From NCBI RefSeq assembly GCF_032191835.1, contig NC_083242.1:38688001-38752000 (forward strand): a stretch of 64,000 nucleotides of DNA, given 5' to 3'. The first letter of the stretch is position 1. Every line of letters begins with the position of its first letter. This DNA comes from Heteronotia binoei (Eukaryota). The notes beneath the pieces were generated by a model, which had not been told where the DNA came from, ran no database searches, and worked only from the letters and a program-made list of their open reading frames with translations. The position numbers and the translations under genes were made by a program. Of this stretch, positions 46,038 to 58,000 are shown piece after piece.

Positions 46038-49000
46038 ATGACGGTGCTGGGCGCGCTCCGCTCGGCCGGCGGCCCCCGGCTGCAGCTGCCCTGCCTGGCC
46101 AAGGTGGGGGGGGGCGGGGGGAGAGCGGGGGGAGGGGGCGGGGGGGGCGTCTGGCGGGGCCTGACCTTGTCTCCCCCCTGCCGGTGCTGGCGCTGGTGCA
46201 GCTGGAGCGCGCCGTGCTGGCCATGCAGGACCCGGACATGGGCGTCAAGCTGCGGCACCAGCGGCTCCTCATCAGCGCCATCCCGCACGCCATGACCGGT
46301 GAGCCCCGCCGCGGGACGGGGGGGGGGGGGAGGGGAGGGGGCCCCTCCCTCCCCCCCCCTTCTCACCGCCCGGGGGCGCCGCTGCTCTTCTCCCCGCAGG
46401 CAGCGACGTGGTGGAGTGGCTGGGCCAGAAGTACGGCGTGGCCGAGGAGGGTCAGTGGGGGGGGATGGGGGGCGGGAGGGGGGCTGCGGGCGGGGAGGGG
46501 CGGGTGTGGCAGGGGCTGCCTCTCTCTCTCTCTCTCTCCCTCCCTCTGGCTGCAGAGGCCTTGCACCTGGGCCAGCTGCTGGTGAAGCACGGCTACGTCT
46601 ACCCGCTGAAGGACCCCTGCAGCCTGGCCTTGCGGGCCGATGAGACGCCCTACAGGTTCCAGGTAGGCCTCGCCCCGCACACACTCGCTTAACGGAACAG
46701 CCACGCAGAATAAACGCCAGAGGTTGGAGAGCCGCAGCACATGAATGGCAGGTGTGGGAGGGAGCGAGTGGAAAGAAAGCAACTTTAAATGCCTTGGCTC
46801 CAAGCCAGTGGCTGTGACGCTTCAAGAACCACACAAGATGTGAGGAAGAGGCAGTTTGGCTGGCCCTGTGCCCCACTGGCCCTCTTTCCCCCCTCCAGAC
46901 GCCGTATTTCTGGATGAGCACCAAGTGGCCCCCCACGGAGCTGGACTATGGTGAGTGCTGTGCGGGGGGCGGGGAAGGAAAGCTCTCCATGCATCTCCTC
47001 AAGGACCAACTCTCCCCCCTTCCTGTCGCAGCAATCTACCTGGCGAAGAAGAATATCCGCAAGCAAGGGGACCTTCTGGACCACGAAAAGGCAAGCGGGT
47101 GGCCACCTCATCTCACCCCTCCCCCTCCCCGCGTGTGGGACCCTGGCTCAGTCTGCCTGCTGCTCTCCCCCCCCCCCCAGGAAGACTACAGCCAGCTGCA
47201 CAAGAGGATCAACCACGCGTGGGACTTTGTGGTCATGCAGGCCCGAGAGCAGCTGCGGTGAGCCCACCTGGGCGGCCAGCCAGGATTCAGGGCAGGTGCG
47301 GGGGGGGGGGAAGAGGCCCTGATGCTTCCTTCCTCCCCCCCCCCCCACCAGGGCAGCCAAGCAGCGCCGGAGAGGGGACCGCATTGTCATCGAGTACCAG
47401 GAGCAAGCCTACTGGCTGGTGAACAGACCTCTGGTAGGTGGGGGGGGGGCTTGCAATCCCCCCCCCCGCCCTGCTTTCCTCACTGCTGAGCCAGGCAGCG
47501 AACTCCCGAGATCCTTGGGCAGACTGGCCGGGGGGCAGGTGGGGTCCCTGCTCAGCTCTGTCGTGTTTCCCTGCAGCCGGGGTCGTCGGATGTGATGGAA
47601 CTGGGGCCGGAAGGAAGGACCCGACACGGTGCCAGGGTGAGCTGGGGAGGGGGCTGTGGAAGGCCTGATTCAGCCCTGGCTCCCCAGCTGCTGGGCTGTG
47701 TGTGCCCCTCCTGGGCTGCTGGCTGGCTGGAGACCACTCCGTGGTAGGACTAGTCCTCCCCTCCCCTTCCCTCCTCTCCCAGCCTTTTCTGTGCCCCTCC
47801 CTCCCTCCCTCCGCTGCTCCTGAAGAGCACAAGGCTGGCTTGGAGCTGGGCATTTCCTTCCTTCATTCTGCCAGCCCATGCCCCCCCCCCCTCTGGCTGG
47901 TGCCAAGGCTGGAAGTCCCAGCGCCCCTCTGGACTCAGCTTGCTTCCTCCTGCAGCTTCCCTGGCCACGCCTTCCCACTGACCCCTGGGCTCTCAATACA
48001 CCCCCCTGGCGGCTGGGGTGGGAGTCTTCTTCCTTGCCGGAGGGGGCGGGCCTTCAGGGGCTCTTTTGGCCTTTGCTCTCTTCCAGGCGAAGAATGCCGA
48101 CTATTACAAGCAGGAGGTGAGTGTGGGTGGGTGGGGCCACGTCTGGGCCAGTGGGGAGGGGGCAACTGCCGCCTGCTGTCTGGCCCAAGTGCCCCCCAGC
48201 CCCTTTCTCTTGGGTGCAGATCCGCATCTGTTGCGCAGCCATGGGCCGGACCCGGCTCAAGTCTTCCATCTGCTTGGAAGGGTGAGTAAGTCTCCTGGGG
48301 CAGGTTGGCTCCTCACCCGCATGGCCTGCAGCCTCCTCTCTGGCCCAGAGGCCAAAGGGTACCTTTCCCAGGCTGGCTGCATCTGCAAGGGCCCTGCGGG
48401 GAAGGGAAGCCAGGAAGGAGGCAGGCAGCCTCCTGGGTCTCTCTGCCACCCGGCCTTCCCCAGAGGAGGTGGGCTGTTCGGCAAGCAGACCCACCATCCC
48501 TTTGTGCCCTGCCTCTCGGAGGGCAAATGCCCCCTTCCCTGGCCTCTGCCCGTCTCTGCAGGTACATCAAGTTCAACGACCAGTACATGCCCCACGACCC
48601 CATCATGTCCGGCTGCCTGCCCAGCAACCCCTGGATCACAGACGACACCACCTACTGGGCCATGAATGCCGCCGCGTGAGTGGCAGGCTCGGGGGTCTCT
48701 TGCTGGGAGTGCAGACTCTTTGGGGGGAGGGGGCTCCTGCCTCATGGGCCTGACCCTTTCTCCCCTTGCCTGCCTGCAGGGTCTCTGTGCCCACCAAGCT
48801 GCGGGTCGAGCGCTGGAGTTTCAGCTTCCAAGAACTGCTGAATGACCGCCTGGGCCGGGCACAGCTCTTGGAGTTCCTCCAGAAAGAGTTCAGTGGTGAG
48901 TGGACCCTGCAGAGGCCGAGAGGAGCAGAGCTCCCCAAATGGGGGAGGGGAGAGGGAGCCAAGCTCAGTCCAGACCACTCCCTGCCTGTCCTTCCACCCC

Positions 49001-49755
49001 CTGTAGCTGAGAACCTGAGCTTCTGGGAGGCGTGTGAGGCCCTGCGCCACGGGGAGCAGGCATGCATTGCAGAGATGGTGGATTCCATTTACCAGTAAGT
49101 GGCTTCACAGTGGTGGATCTTGGGGAGGGGAAGGGCAGTGGCTCTTTCCCTGCTGGACTTGGAGGTCTTGGTGGGGGGAGGACCTCCGTTCCTTTGCTGG
49201 CCCCCGCAGCCCTCTTCCTGCCCTGCCCTCCCCCTGCAGGCAGTTCCTGGCCCCCAGTGCCGTCCGCTGGGTCAACATTGACAGCAGGACCATGGAGCGC
49301 ACTTTGCAGGGCATCAAGAGCCCCCACCGCCACGTGATGGACGATGCTCAAATGCACATCTACATGCTCATGAAAAAGGTGCCAGGGCTGGGAGGGCTGG
49401 GGGGGGGGGGTTCCTGAGCAGGAAAGAGGTCGCTGCTGGACTTTGATTGACCCCCCCCGCCAGGACTCCTACCCCCGCTTCCTCAAGTCGGAGGCCTACA
49501 AGAACCTGCTGGCGGAGGCCCTGATCCCCCCGGAGACCAAGAAGCGGTGAGTGAGCCAAGAGTGTGGGAGAGGGGGCTGTGGAGAGGAGAAGAGGGGTGC
49601 AGCCTAAGCCCCCCCTTCCTTCTCCCTTGGCCAGAGTCTTCCCCTTCATGCGGAAGCCCCGCCACTCCAGCCCCAGCCCGGCTCTGCCCCCTTCTGGGGA
49701 CGGCGGTGTTGTTGGCGAGAGGAGCAAAGTGGGACTGGAGCCTTTGCTGATGTGA
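46038..49755 (+). CDS. RGS11: Regulator of G-protein signaling 11 (R7 family: DEP, DHEX, GGL, RGS)
   Basis: 17 exons: 46038-46103, 46202-46298, 46400-46450, 46556-46662, 46899-46950, 47032-47090, 47181-47257, 47352-47433, 47577-47636, 48087-48116, 48220-48281, 48562-48675, 48780-48895, 49007-49094, 49240-49378, 49464-49546, 49635-49755. Motifs [55 protein letters not shown]11 rather than RGS9 by short C-tail and synteny with AXIN1/FAM234A. AATAAA at 49945. Confidence 0.93.
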
Positions 49756-52066
49756 AGCCGATGGCCTGGCCGGAATCCGGACTGGCAACAGCTCAGCACC
49801 ACCCCCCCACTCTGGAAAGAAGCCTTGTCTGTGCTGGCAAAGGGATGGAAGGCAGACACCCCCCCCCCTCCCCAGACCTTCCTTCTGCCTTGCCTCTTCG
49901 CCTCCCCCAGCCCGCTCCCTCCCCCTTCCATTGTCTGACTGGGCAATAAAGCCCTCCTTGGAGCTGAAGGCGTCTGGCTCTTTCTGCTGTCTTCTTTTGG
50001 GAGGGGGCAAATGCAGCCTCGCTGCTGATGGGAAGTCCATGGACTGAGATGCCAGCCTGGGGGACTGCCCCCCCTGTGCCTAGCTGTGCCGACCCCAGGA
50101 TTAGCCTGAGCAGGATCCCAGCATTTTCTCTCCAACCCCCCAGAGCACTTTGGAGGGCATCAGAAGTCTGGGGGGGGGGAGATAAAAGGAGCACTGCAGC
50201 TGGCCAGCCTCCCCCCCCCCATGGCAGCCAGTGAGGGAAAGGCAAGCAGTGCTTCATGGGAGTGGGTGGGAGTAGTCAGCCTGCAGTGGGGTGTGCCCCC
50301 CCCATCTGCAGTTCCTTCCTGCTGTGCCCATAGTGGCTCTCTCCTCCCCCTCCCTTGCTCGCTTAGGGGATTTTCACAGTGGCAGATTGAGCCTCTGCTA
50401 CAAGCTGCTGTTGAGAAGGGACTTGCCAGATCAGAAGCAAACCCCACTTAATCTGGGCAGAAGAGGGAGGGGACTGCCCTCCTAAAATCTGGGCTGCGAA
50501 TGGGCCGGGGGAGGCCGTGAGAGAACATTCAAAATGTCTTGGGGTGGGGGGTGCAAAGGACATGTGTGACGGCTCCTCTGCCCCCCCCTCCCCGGCCTGC
50601 CAGGATTTCTGGGGCTCATGGGGGTTTGGAGAGTGGTGCTTAAGAGGCTTAGCAGCTGCAGTGTCCGGGCAGGAACCAGCTGGGAGGGAGGACAGAGGGA
50701 TGGCTGGGGCTCTGGCACAGCCTCTCTTGCAGCCCTCTTCTGTGAGGGAGGGGCCCAGGGTCACTGCTCCCCTCTGGCTGAGCCCCCCCCCCCAAGAACA
50801 GAGGCAGGACCCCCTTGCCTCACCCCTGCCAGGAGCACGGCTGCTCCGAGGGCCTCCCACCCTCCTCTGCTTCTGCTGCAGAGGAAAGAGGGGTCAGCCT
50901 GGGGCAGGATGGAGGGGGCCTTCCTCCAGGGCACCTGATTCTTCTGTGCTCTCAGACCATGCCACTGCGTGTGCACCCACACTGCCTCTGTTGCTGCTGG
51001 TGAACGGATGCCAGCTCAGCCCTGCAGTCTGCCCGAGAGCCCCCCCCCCATCACTGCTCTTTCAGCTGGAAAGCAAAAGCCTCGCCTCTGCCCTCGATTG
51101 GTTGGATCACTGGGGGGGGGGGGGGGGGGCTCCCGCAAAGGCAGGCAGGTGGGAGGGTGGGCTGCGCTTCCAGGTCCGGACTTGCTATTGTGTTTCGATC
51201 CTGCCCCAAATGCTGGGCAGCATATGTTGCTGTGTGCTCCTCCTCTGCTTTATCCTCACAACAGCCCTGTGGGGTAGGTGGGACGGAAAGGCTGATGAAA
51301 GGGACAACAGGTCACCCAGTTCCTCTGGAGGGCCTCCTCCTGTTCCCACACACACACACACGCCTCCTCTGCTGTCAAGGTCACAATAAAAGGTTTACTG
51401 AAACCACAGAACTGTCAGACCAAACTCAGGAATGCTCCAGAAGCAACAACAGGTGGGGAAGAAGGCAGCAGAAAAACTGAAATTAGTCTGCTTAACATCC
51501 ACAATTAAAGTCAGCATCAATCACGGCCAAACAAGAAAAAGTTCCTTAGCCATTGAAAATGGCCCGGTGTGCCTTGGCCTCGGAGGGGTGGGGGAGGAGG
51601 AGGAAGCAAAACAATTCCTCTGGCAACCAGGTCAGATGTGGGGGGGAGCTGCTCCACTGAGTCGTCTGCATTGTTAAAGGTCTGGGGCCAAAGGCAGCCG
51701 GCAAAGAAGCCAGGAGATGGCAGCCCAAGGACAAGCCTTGCCCAAGGCAGGTGGGCAGATCCTCCTCCATCAGAGAGAGAGCCACAGGGCAGGGCCTGTG
51801 CTTCAGGCTCACCCCTCAGGAAATCTGCCTGTCGGCCACATCTTTCTTGGATGCTTCCAGTGTCAGCCGAGGGAAGGACTGCAGCTTCTTCACCTGTCCC
51901 CAACCATAAGGAGCCTCCCTCCCCCCTCCCCAGAGCCGGAAGGTGCGCCCAAGCTCTACGTGGGGAAGGGGGCAGGAGAGCTGAGCAAGAGACTCCTCCT
52001 CCCCGCCCACAGGTCCTGGGGACAGCTGCTCCAGAAAGGGTGGGGTGGGGGCGTGTGTGTGCTCGC

Positions 52067-55000
52067 TCACCGAGGGCTGCGGTATCTCATCCGGAGGAAG
52101 CGGTCCCGGACATGCTGTCCTGTGTCCTGAGCCGCCTGGCTCAGCCAGATCACGTGGCTGTTGGCCATATCATCCTTCAGCCTCTGCTTGGACAGCACCA
52201 CCACGCCAGGACTGCCGCTGGCCTCAGGTCCCGTCAGCAGCACGTAGCAGGCATGGCGGCTCCGCTCAAAGAGCACCGCTGGAATCCAGAGCAAAGGGGG
52301 TCAGTGTCGACACTCCCCAGGGCGGGGGGGGGAGCAAGGGGGGCGGGCACACTTACCCTGGAAGGCCACAATGGCCTCAGTGCTGTTGTTCATCCACAGC
52401 AGCACACTGGGGAAGGAGGGGTGGAACAGGTAGAGGTTCTGGGGGACCCCTTCTGAGCCCTGGAGAAAGAGAGAGAGTAGAGTTTGAGAAGCCTTTGGCC
52501 CCCCAAGCAGTGTCCAAGGCCAGAGCAGAACCAATTCTCTTCCCCTCCCCCCACCCCCCAAGGCTTTGGGGTTTCACTTGCCTGTACAGAAGTCTCATCT
52601 AGATGTTCATTTTTAATCTGGCCTTAACCATACATGTTCACTGCAATAATTTTTATGTCATTATACTTTTAAAGAAATAGTCCTTAGCGTTCTTTGTGTG
52701 TATATCTACACAGAGAGGGAGAGGAGGGGGGATACCTAAAAACCTCTAAGCCACAGTGCAGTCGAGGCAGGAAGAATGCTGAAGGACCCCCCATCCCCAA
52801 CAAAAGCAGCTGGAAGGACCCCTGGGCCCATGGCCTGTGGGAGGCTTGGTGAGAGCCCTGGCAGGACCAGGAGGCAGGCTGAGCCACTCACCGTTCTGTT
52901 CCTGCCTGGCTGGTAGTCGCCCCAGAAGAGGAAGAAGGACCTGTGATCGGCCGTGAGCAGCGTGGCTGGGCTGGGGGTCCCCACTCCCGAGAGAAAGTCC
53001 ATCTCCCACTTGATGTTTCCAGAACTGCCCTCCACCACTAGAACCTGTGAAGCAGAAGGAGCATCTGAGGCAGGCCTCACTGGGACCTCATGGCTGTTCC
53101 AGCCTGACACTAGAAAGGGGGAGAGGCCCCCGGGATCTGTGTCACAGACAAGAGGCAGAGAGAAGCGCACTGGCCCAAACCCAGCAGCTGCTCCACAAAC
53201 CTTTTTGTTGGGTGCAACTCTGCTTTCAACTACAATATCAACCTCATCAGAAGTGAAGGATCCAAACACTGGCTCACTGCAAGAGGGACACAAGAAGAGG
53301 ATACATGTTTGGGGACAGACTCCTCACGGGCTAAGAGAACAGATTCAAAAACCGCTGAAATGGCAGGAAGCAGAGAGTAGGGCTCAATGGGCGGTTCTCC
53401 CAATGCAGGGGGGTCCCACAAGGGTCAGCATTGGGGCTGGTACATCTGGAAGTGTGGGGGGGCGAGCAGGGGCGTGGCCAGATCTGCAGCTGGTCCAGGA
53501 TTATTCAGGATGGTGAAAACAAAGGCAGGCGGTAAAGAGCTGCAGCGCAGGAGGATTTGGATAGGGGGGGCGACAAAGGGAGGTCAGTGTTGATGAGCAT
53601 AAGGGGAGGCGCACTGGGGCAAAGAACTCCCAACTTCAGCTATAGGCTGCCGGAGACTGAGAGGGGAAAAGATCTTGGGGTTGAAGCGTCAACTCAGAGT
53701 GAAGCAGCCAATATTGCAATGCTCCTGTACAAATCTATGGAGCAGCCTCATCTGGAACACAGTTCTGGTTCCCGTATCTCAAAAAGGGGCAGAGGAGGGC
53801 AACCAAGACCACGAAGAGGCTGAAGTGCTTCCCTCTGAGGAAGAGCCTGGCAGGACTTCCCCCTTTAGAAAAGAGACAACTGGGGGACAGAAGAACATCA
53901 GGGAAGTCATGTTGGATCAGGCCAGTGGCCCCTCCAGTCCAACACTCTGTGTCACATAAGAACATAAGAGAAGCCCTGTTGGATCAGGCCAGTGGCCCCT
54001 CCAGTCCAACACTCTGTGTCACATAAGAACATAAGAGAAGCCCTGTTGGATCAGGCCAACGGCCCCTCCAGTCCAACACTCTGTGTCACATAAGAACATA
54101 AGAGAAGCCATGTTGGATCAGGCCAGTGGCCCATCCAGTTCAACACTCTGTGTCACATAAGTACATAAGAGAAGCCATGTTGGATCAGGCCAGTGGCCCA
54201 TCCCGTCCAAAACTCTGTGTCACAGAAGAACATCAGAGAAGCCATGTTGGATCAGGCCAGTGGCCCATCCAGTCCAACACTCTGTGTCACATAAGAGAAG
54301 CCATGTTGGATCAGGCCAGTGGCCCCTCCAGTCCAACACTGTCACAGAAGAACATCAGAGAAGCCATGTTGGATCAGGCCAGTGGCCCATCCAGTCCAAC
54401 ACTCTGTGTCACATAAGAGAAGCCATGTTGGATCAGGCCAGTGGCCCATCCAGTCCAACACTCTGTGTCACATAAGAGAAGCCATGTTGGATCAGGCCAG
54501 TGGCCCCTCCAGTCCAACACTCTGTGTCACATAAGTACATAAGAGAAGCCATGTTGGATCAGGCCAGTGGCCCCTCCAGTCCAACACTCTGTGTCACAGA
54601 AGAACATCAGAGAAGCCATGTTGGATCAGGCCAGTGGCCCATCCCGTCCAAAACTCTGTGTCACAGAAGAACATCAGAGAAGCCATGTTGGATCAGGCCA
54701 GTGGCCCATCCAGTCCAACACTCTGTGTCACATAAGAGAAGCCATGTTGGATCAGGCCAGTGGCCCCTCCAGTCCAACACTGTCACAGAAGAACATCAGA
54801 GAAGCCATGTTGGATCAGGCCAGTGGCCCATCCAGTCCAACACTCTGTGTCACATAAGAGAAGCCATGTTGGATCAGGCCAGTGGCCCATCCAGTCCAAC
54901 ACTCTGTGTCACATAAGAGAAGCCATGTTGGATCAGGCCAGTGGCCCATCCAGTCCAACACTCTGTGTCACATAAGAGAAGCCATGTTGGATCAGGCCAG

Positions 55001-58000
55001 TGGCCCCTCCAGTCCAACACTCTGTGTCACATAAGTACATAAGAGAAGCCATGTTGGATCAGGCCAGTGGCCCCTCCAGTCCAACACTCTGTGTCACAGA
55101 AGAACATCAGAGAAGCCATGTTGGATCAGGCCAGTGGCCCATCCAGTCCAACACTCTGTGTCACACACAGTAGCAAAAAAAAACAACAACCCTCAGGTAC
55201 CATCAGGAGGTCCACCAGTGGGGCCAGGACCCCAGAATACCTGCCACTGTGCCTCCCCCCCCAAGCACCAAGAAGACAGAGCATCCCTGCCCCAGAACAT
55301 GAGCATAAGAGAAGCCATGTTGAATCAGACCAATGGCCCATCCAATCCAACACTCTGTGTCACACAGTGGCCAAAAAACCCAGGTGCCATTAGGAGGTCC
55401 GGCAGTGGGGCCAGGACACTAGAAGCCCTCAGAGCATGTTCCCACCCCCACCCCAGCACCAAGAATTCAGAGCATCACTGTGGGGTGTCATAATAGAGGT
55501 TTATGAAATGACGCATGGCGCTAAGAGAAGTTCTCCCTCTCCCAACTTACTAGAATTTGAGGGAATCCAATGAAGCTGATGAGCACTACATTCAGGACAG
55601 ACAAAGGGAAAGACTTGAATTCACAGAGACTCCCAGCAATGATCACTGGAGGGAACCTCCACATTTAGAGGCAGTCAACCTCTGAATCCCAAGAAGCAGC
55701 ATTGGGAAGGCCTCGCCCTCTGGGCTTTGTCTCTTGGCCCTTCAGAGGGACTGGTTGGCCACTGTGTGAGAAAGGAGGATGGACTAGATGGACCCTCACT
55801 GGTCTGATCCAGCAGGGCTCTTCTGATCTTCTTCTCAGGGGAAGGCCTAGGCCTCTCTGCCCTGTTGTTGGCCCTCCAGAGGAACTGGCTGGCCCCTGTG
55901 TGAGACAGGAGGCTGGACTTGATGGACCCTCACAGGTCTGACCCAGCAGGGCTCTTCTGATGTTCTTCTCAGGGGAAGGCCTTGGCCTCTCTGCCCTGTT
56001 GTTGGCCCTCCAGAGGATCTGGTTGGCCATTGTGTGAGGCAGGAGGCTGGACTAGATGGACCCTCACTGGTCTGATCCAGTAGGGCTCTTTTGATGTTCT
56101 TCTCAGGGGAAGGCCTTGGCCTCTGCCCTGTTGTGGGCCCTTCAGAGGAACTGGCTGGCCACCATGTGAGGCAGGAGGCTGGACTAGATGGGCCTTCCCT
56201 GGTCTGATCCAGCAGGGCTCTTCTGAGGTTCTTCTCAGGGGAACGCCTCAGCCTCTCTACCCTGTTGTTGACCCTCCAGAGGAACTGGCTAGCCACTGTG
56301 TGAGGCTAGAGGGACCCTCCCTGATCTGACCCAGCAGGGCTCTTCTGATACTCTTCTCAGGGGAAGACCTCAGCCTCTCTGCCCTGCTGTTGGGCTTCCA
56401 GAGGAACTGGCTGGCCACTGTGTGAGACAGGAGGCTGGACTGGATGGACCCTCACTGGTCTGATCCAGCAGGGCTCTTCTGATACTCTTCTCAGGGGAAG
56501 GCCTCAGCCTCTCTGCCCTGTTGTTGGCCCTTCAGAGGAACTGGCTGGCCCCTGTGTGAGACTGGAGGCTGGACTGGATGGGCCTTCCCTGGTCTGACCC
56601 AGCAGGGTTCTGCTTTTGTTCAAAATGGTGGGCCTCCCTTTGCCTCCTATCCCTCCCCTCCCCATTGCAACTCAAGATATGCAAAGGGTTGGTGGGGGAT
56701 TTGCTCATGGGTTGGATGCCGACACGTGACCATTTGGACTTCTAAAGAAAGGACAGCCCAACGGCTTCTCCTCTGCCTCCCTCTCCCCTCCCCCTGCGAG
56801 GCCAGCGTTACCTCTGGATGGGGGGAATCACATCATTGCCCCACATGGAGCCCAGGCGTTGTCCATCCAGCAGTTCCAGCGAGGTTGCTCTCAGGAGCAA
56901 AATGTCCGTCCCTGACCTACCCGGCACCTTCACCACAGAGCGGATTTCTCCGGAGCTGGAAGTGCAGAGAGAAGCAGCAGATATTGGTCAGCCTCCCACG
57001 CTGCCCTTCGTTGTGCAGATGAACTACCTCGAGAGCAAATGAGTGCTGCCTCGGACAGTCGCAAGGGCTCGGGGTGTTCGGGCTGCTGGGCATTCTCTGC
57101 TCCTCTCTCCCCTTTGGAGCATTAAGGCCCTTCCTTTCACGGCTTGGCACACACTAATCCTTCCAGGTAATCACCACGAGTGGGAGTGTTGTCACTGAAG
57201 ACACGATTCGGGGGGAGGGGGATTCCCAGCTGGAGCCCAGTTACATCCTGCGCATTTGCTTGGGACACTCTTTGCCCCTTCTAGCTCCTCCTCCTCTCAG
57301 GGCAGGAACCGCAGGAGAAGGCCGGGTGGGTACCTGAGCAAGTGCACGTTGTGTGTGTCGTCATCAATGGCTGTCTGCCACCGGGGGTCCTCCTTCAGGC
57401 TGGTCCCTCTATAGTCCTCCAGCCCAGAGGCCCTGCTGTAGAGCTGCTTCACCGAGTAGCCATACAATGCATTTGCTGAGCCAGGGGAAAGGAAGGGGGC
57501 GGGATGAGCCAGGCCGTTCCCCTTGGCCTCCCAGCTCTGCCTGGCAGCTCAGCCTCAAACTCACCTGTGTAGAAAAGCACATAGTGGGCCCCCGCCTGGG
57601 TGACTTGCATGAGGTGGCCTCGTCTCCCTGGCAGATGCAGGCTTTGGCTGGATCCAATCTCCTCACCTGACTTCCCGGAATAGAAACTGCTCTGAACCTG
57701 CAGCACGAACACAGGCATTTGTTAACTGATCCTCTAGGGTTCTTTAAATCGTAACCATATGGAAATTGTTTTATTTGCCTGTTGTAACCCACCCTGAGCC
57801 CACTTGCAGCGGTGGGCAGGATAGGCTTTGAATAAACAAATATTTCCCTATCTTGGTGTGTCTTCTTTGCTTTAAACATTACACATATATCAAATTCCTT
57901 TTAATGCTGGAACTGTTTTTTGCATTAATGTTTATCACCCTCATGACTGCAAGTTGGTACAGACTGGAGGTGTTTTGAGTGGAGTCCACAAATGACGCCT

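Noticed and set aside
54126-55393. Repeating ORFs ([18 protein letters not shown]) and a superficial CRISPR-like look
   Set aside because: Contiguous CR1-tail tandem units with no unique spacers and no cas genes, in a vertebrate intron.
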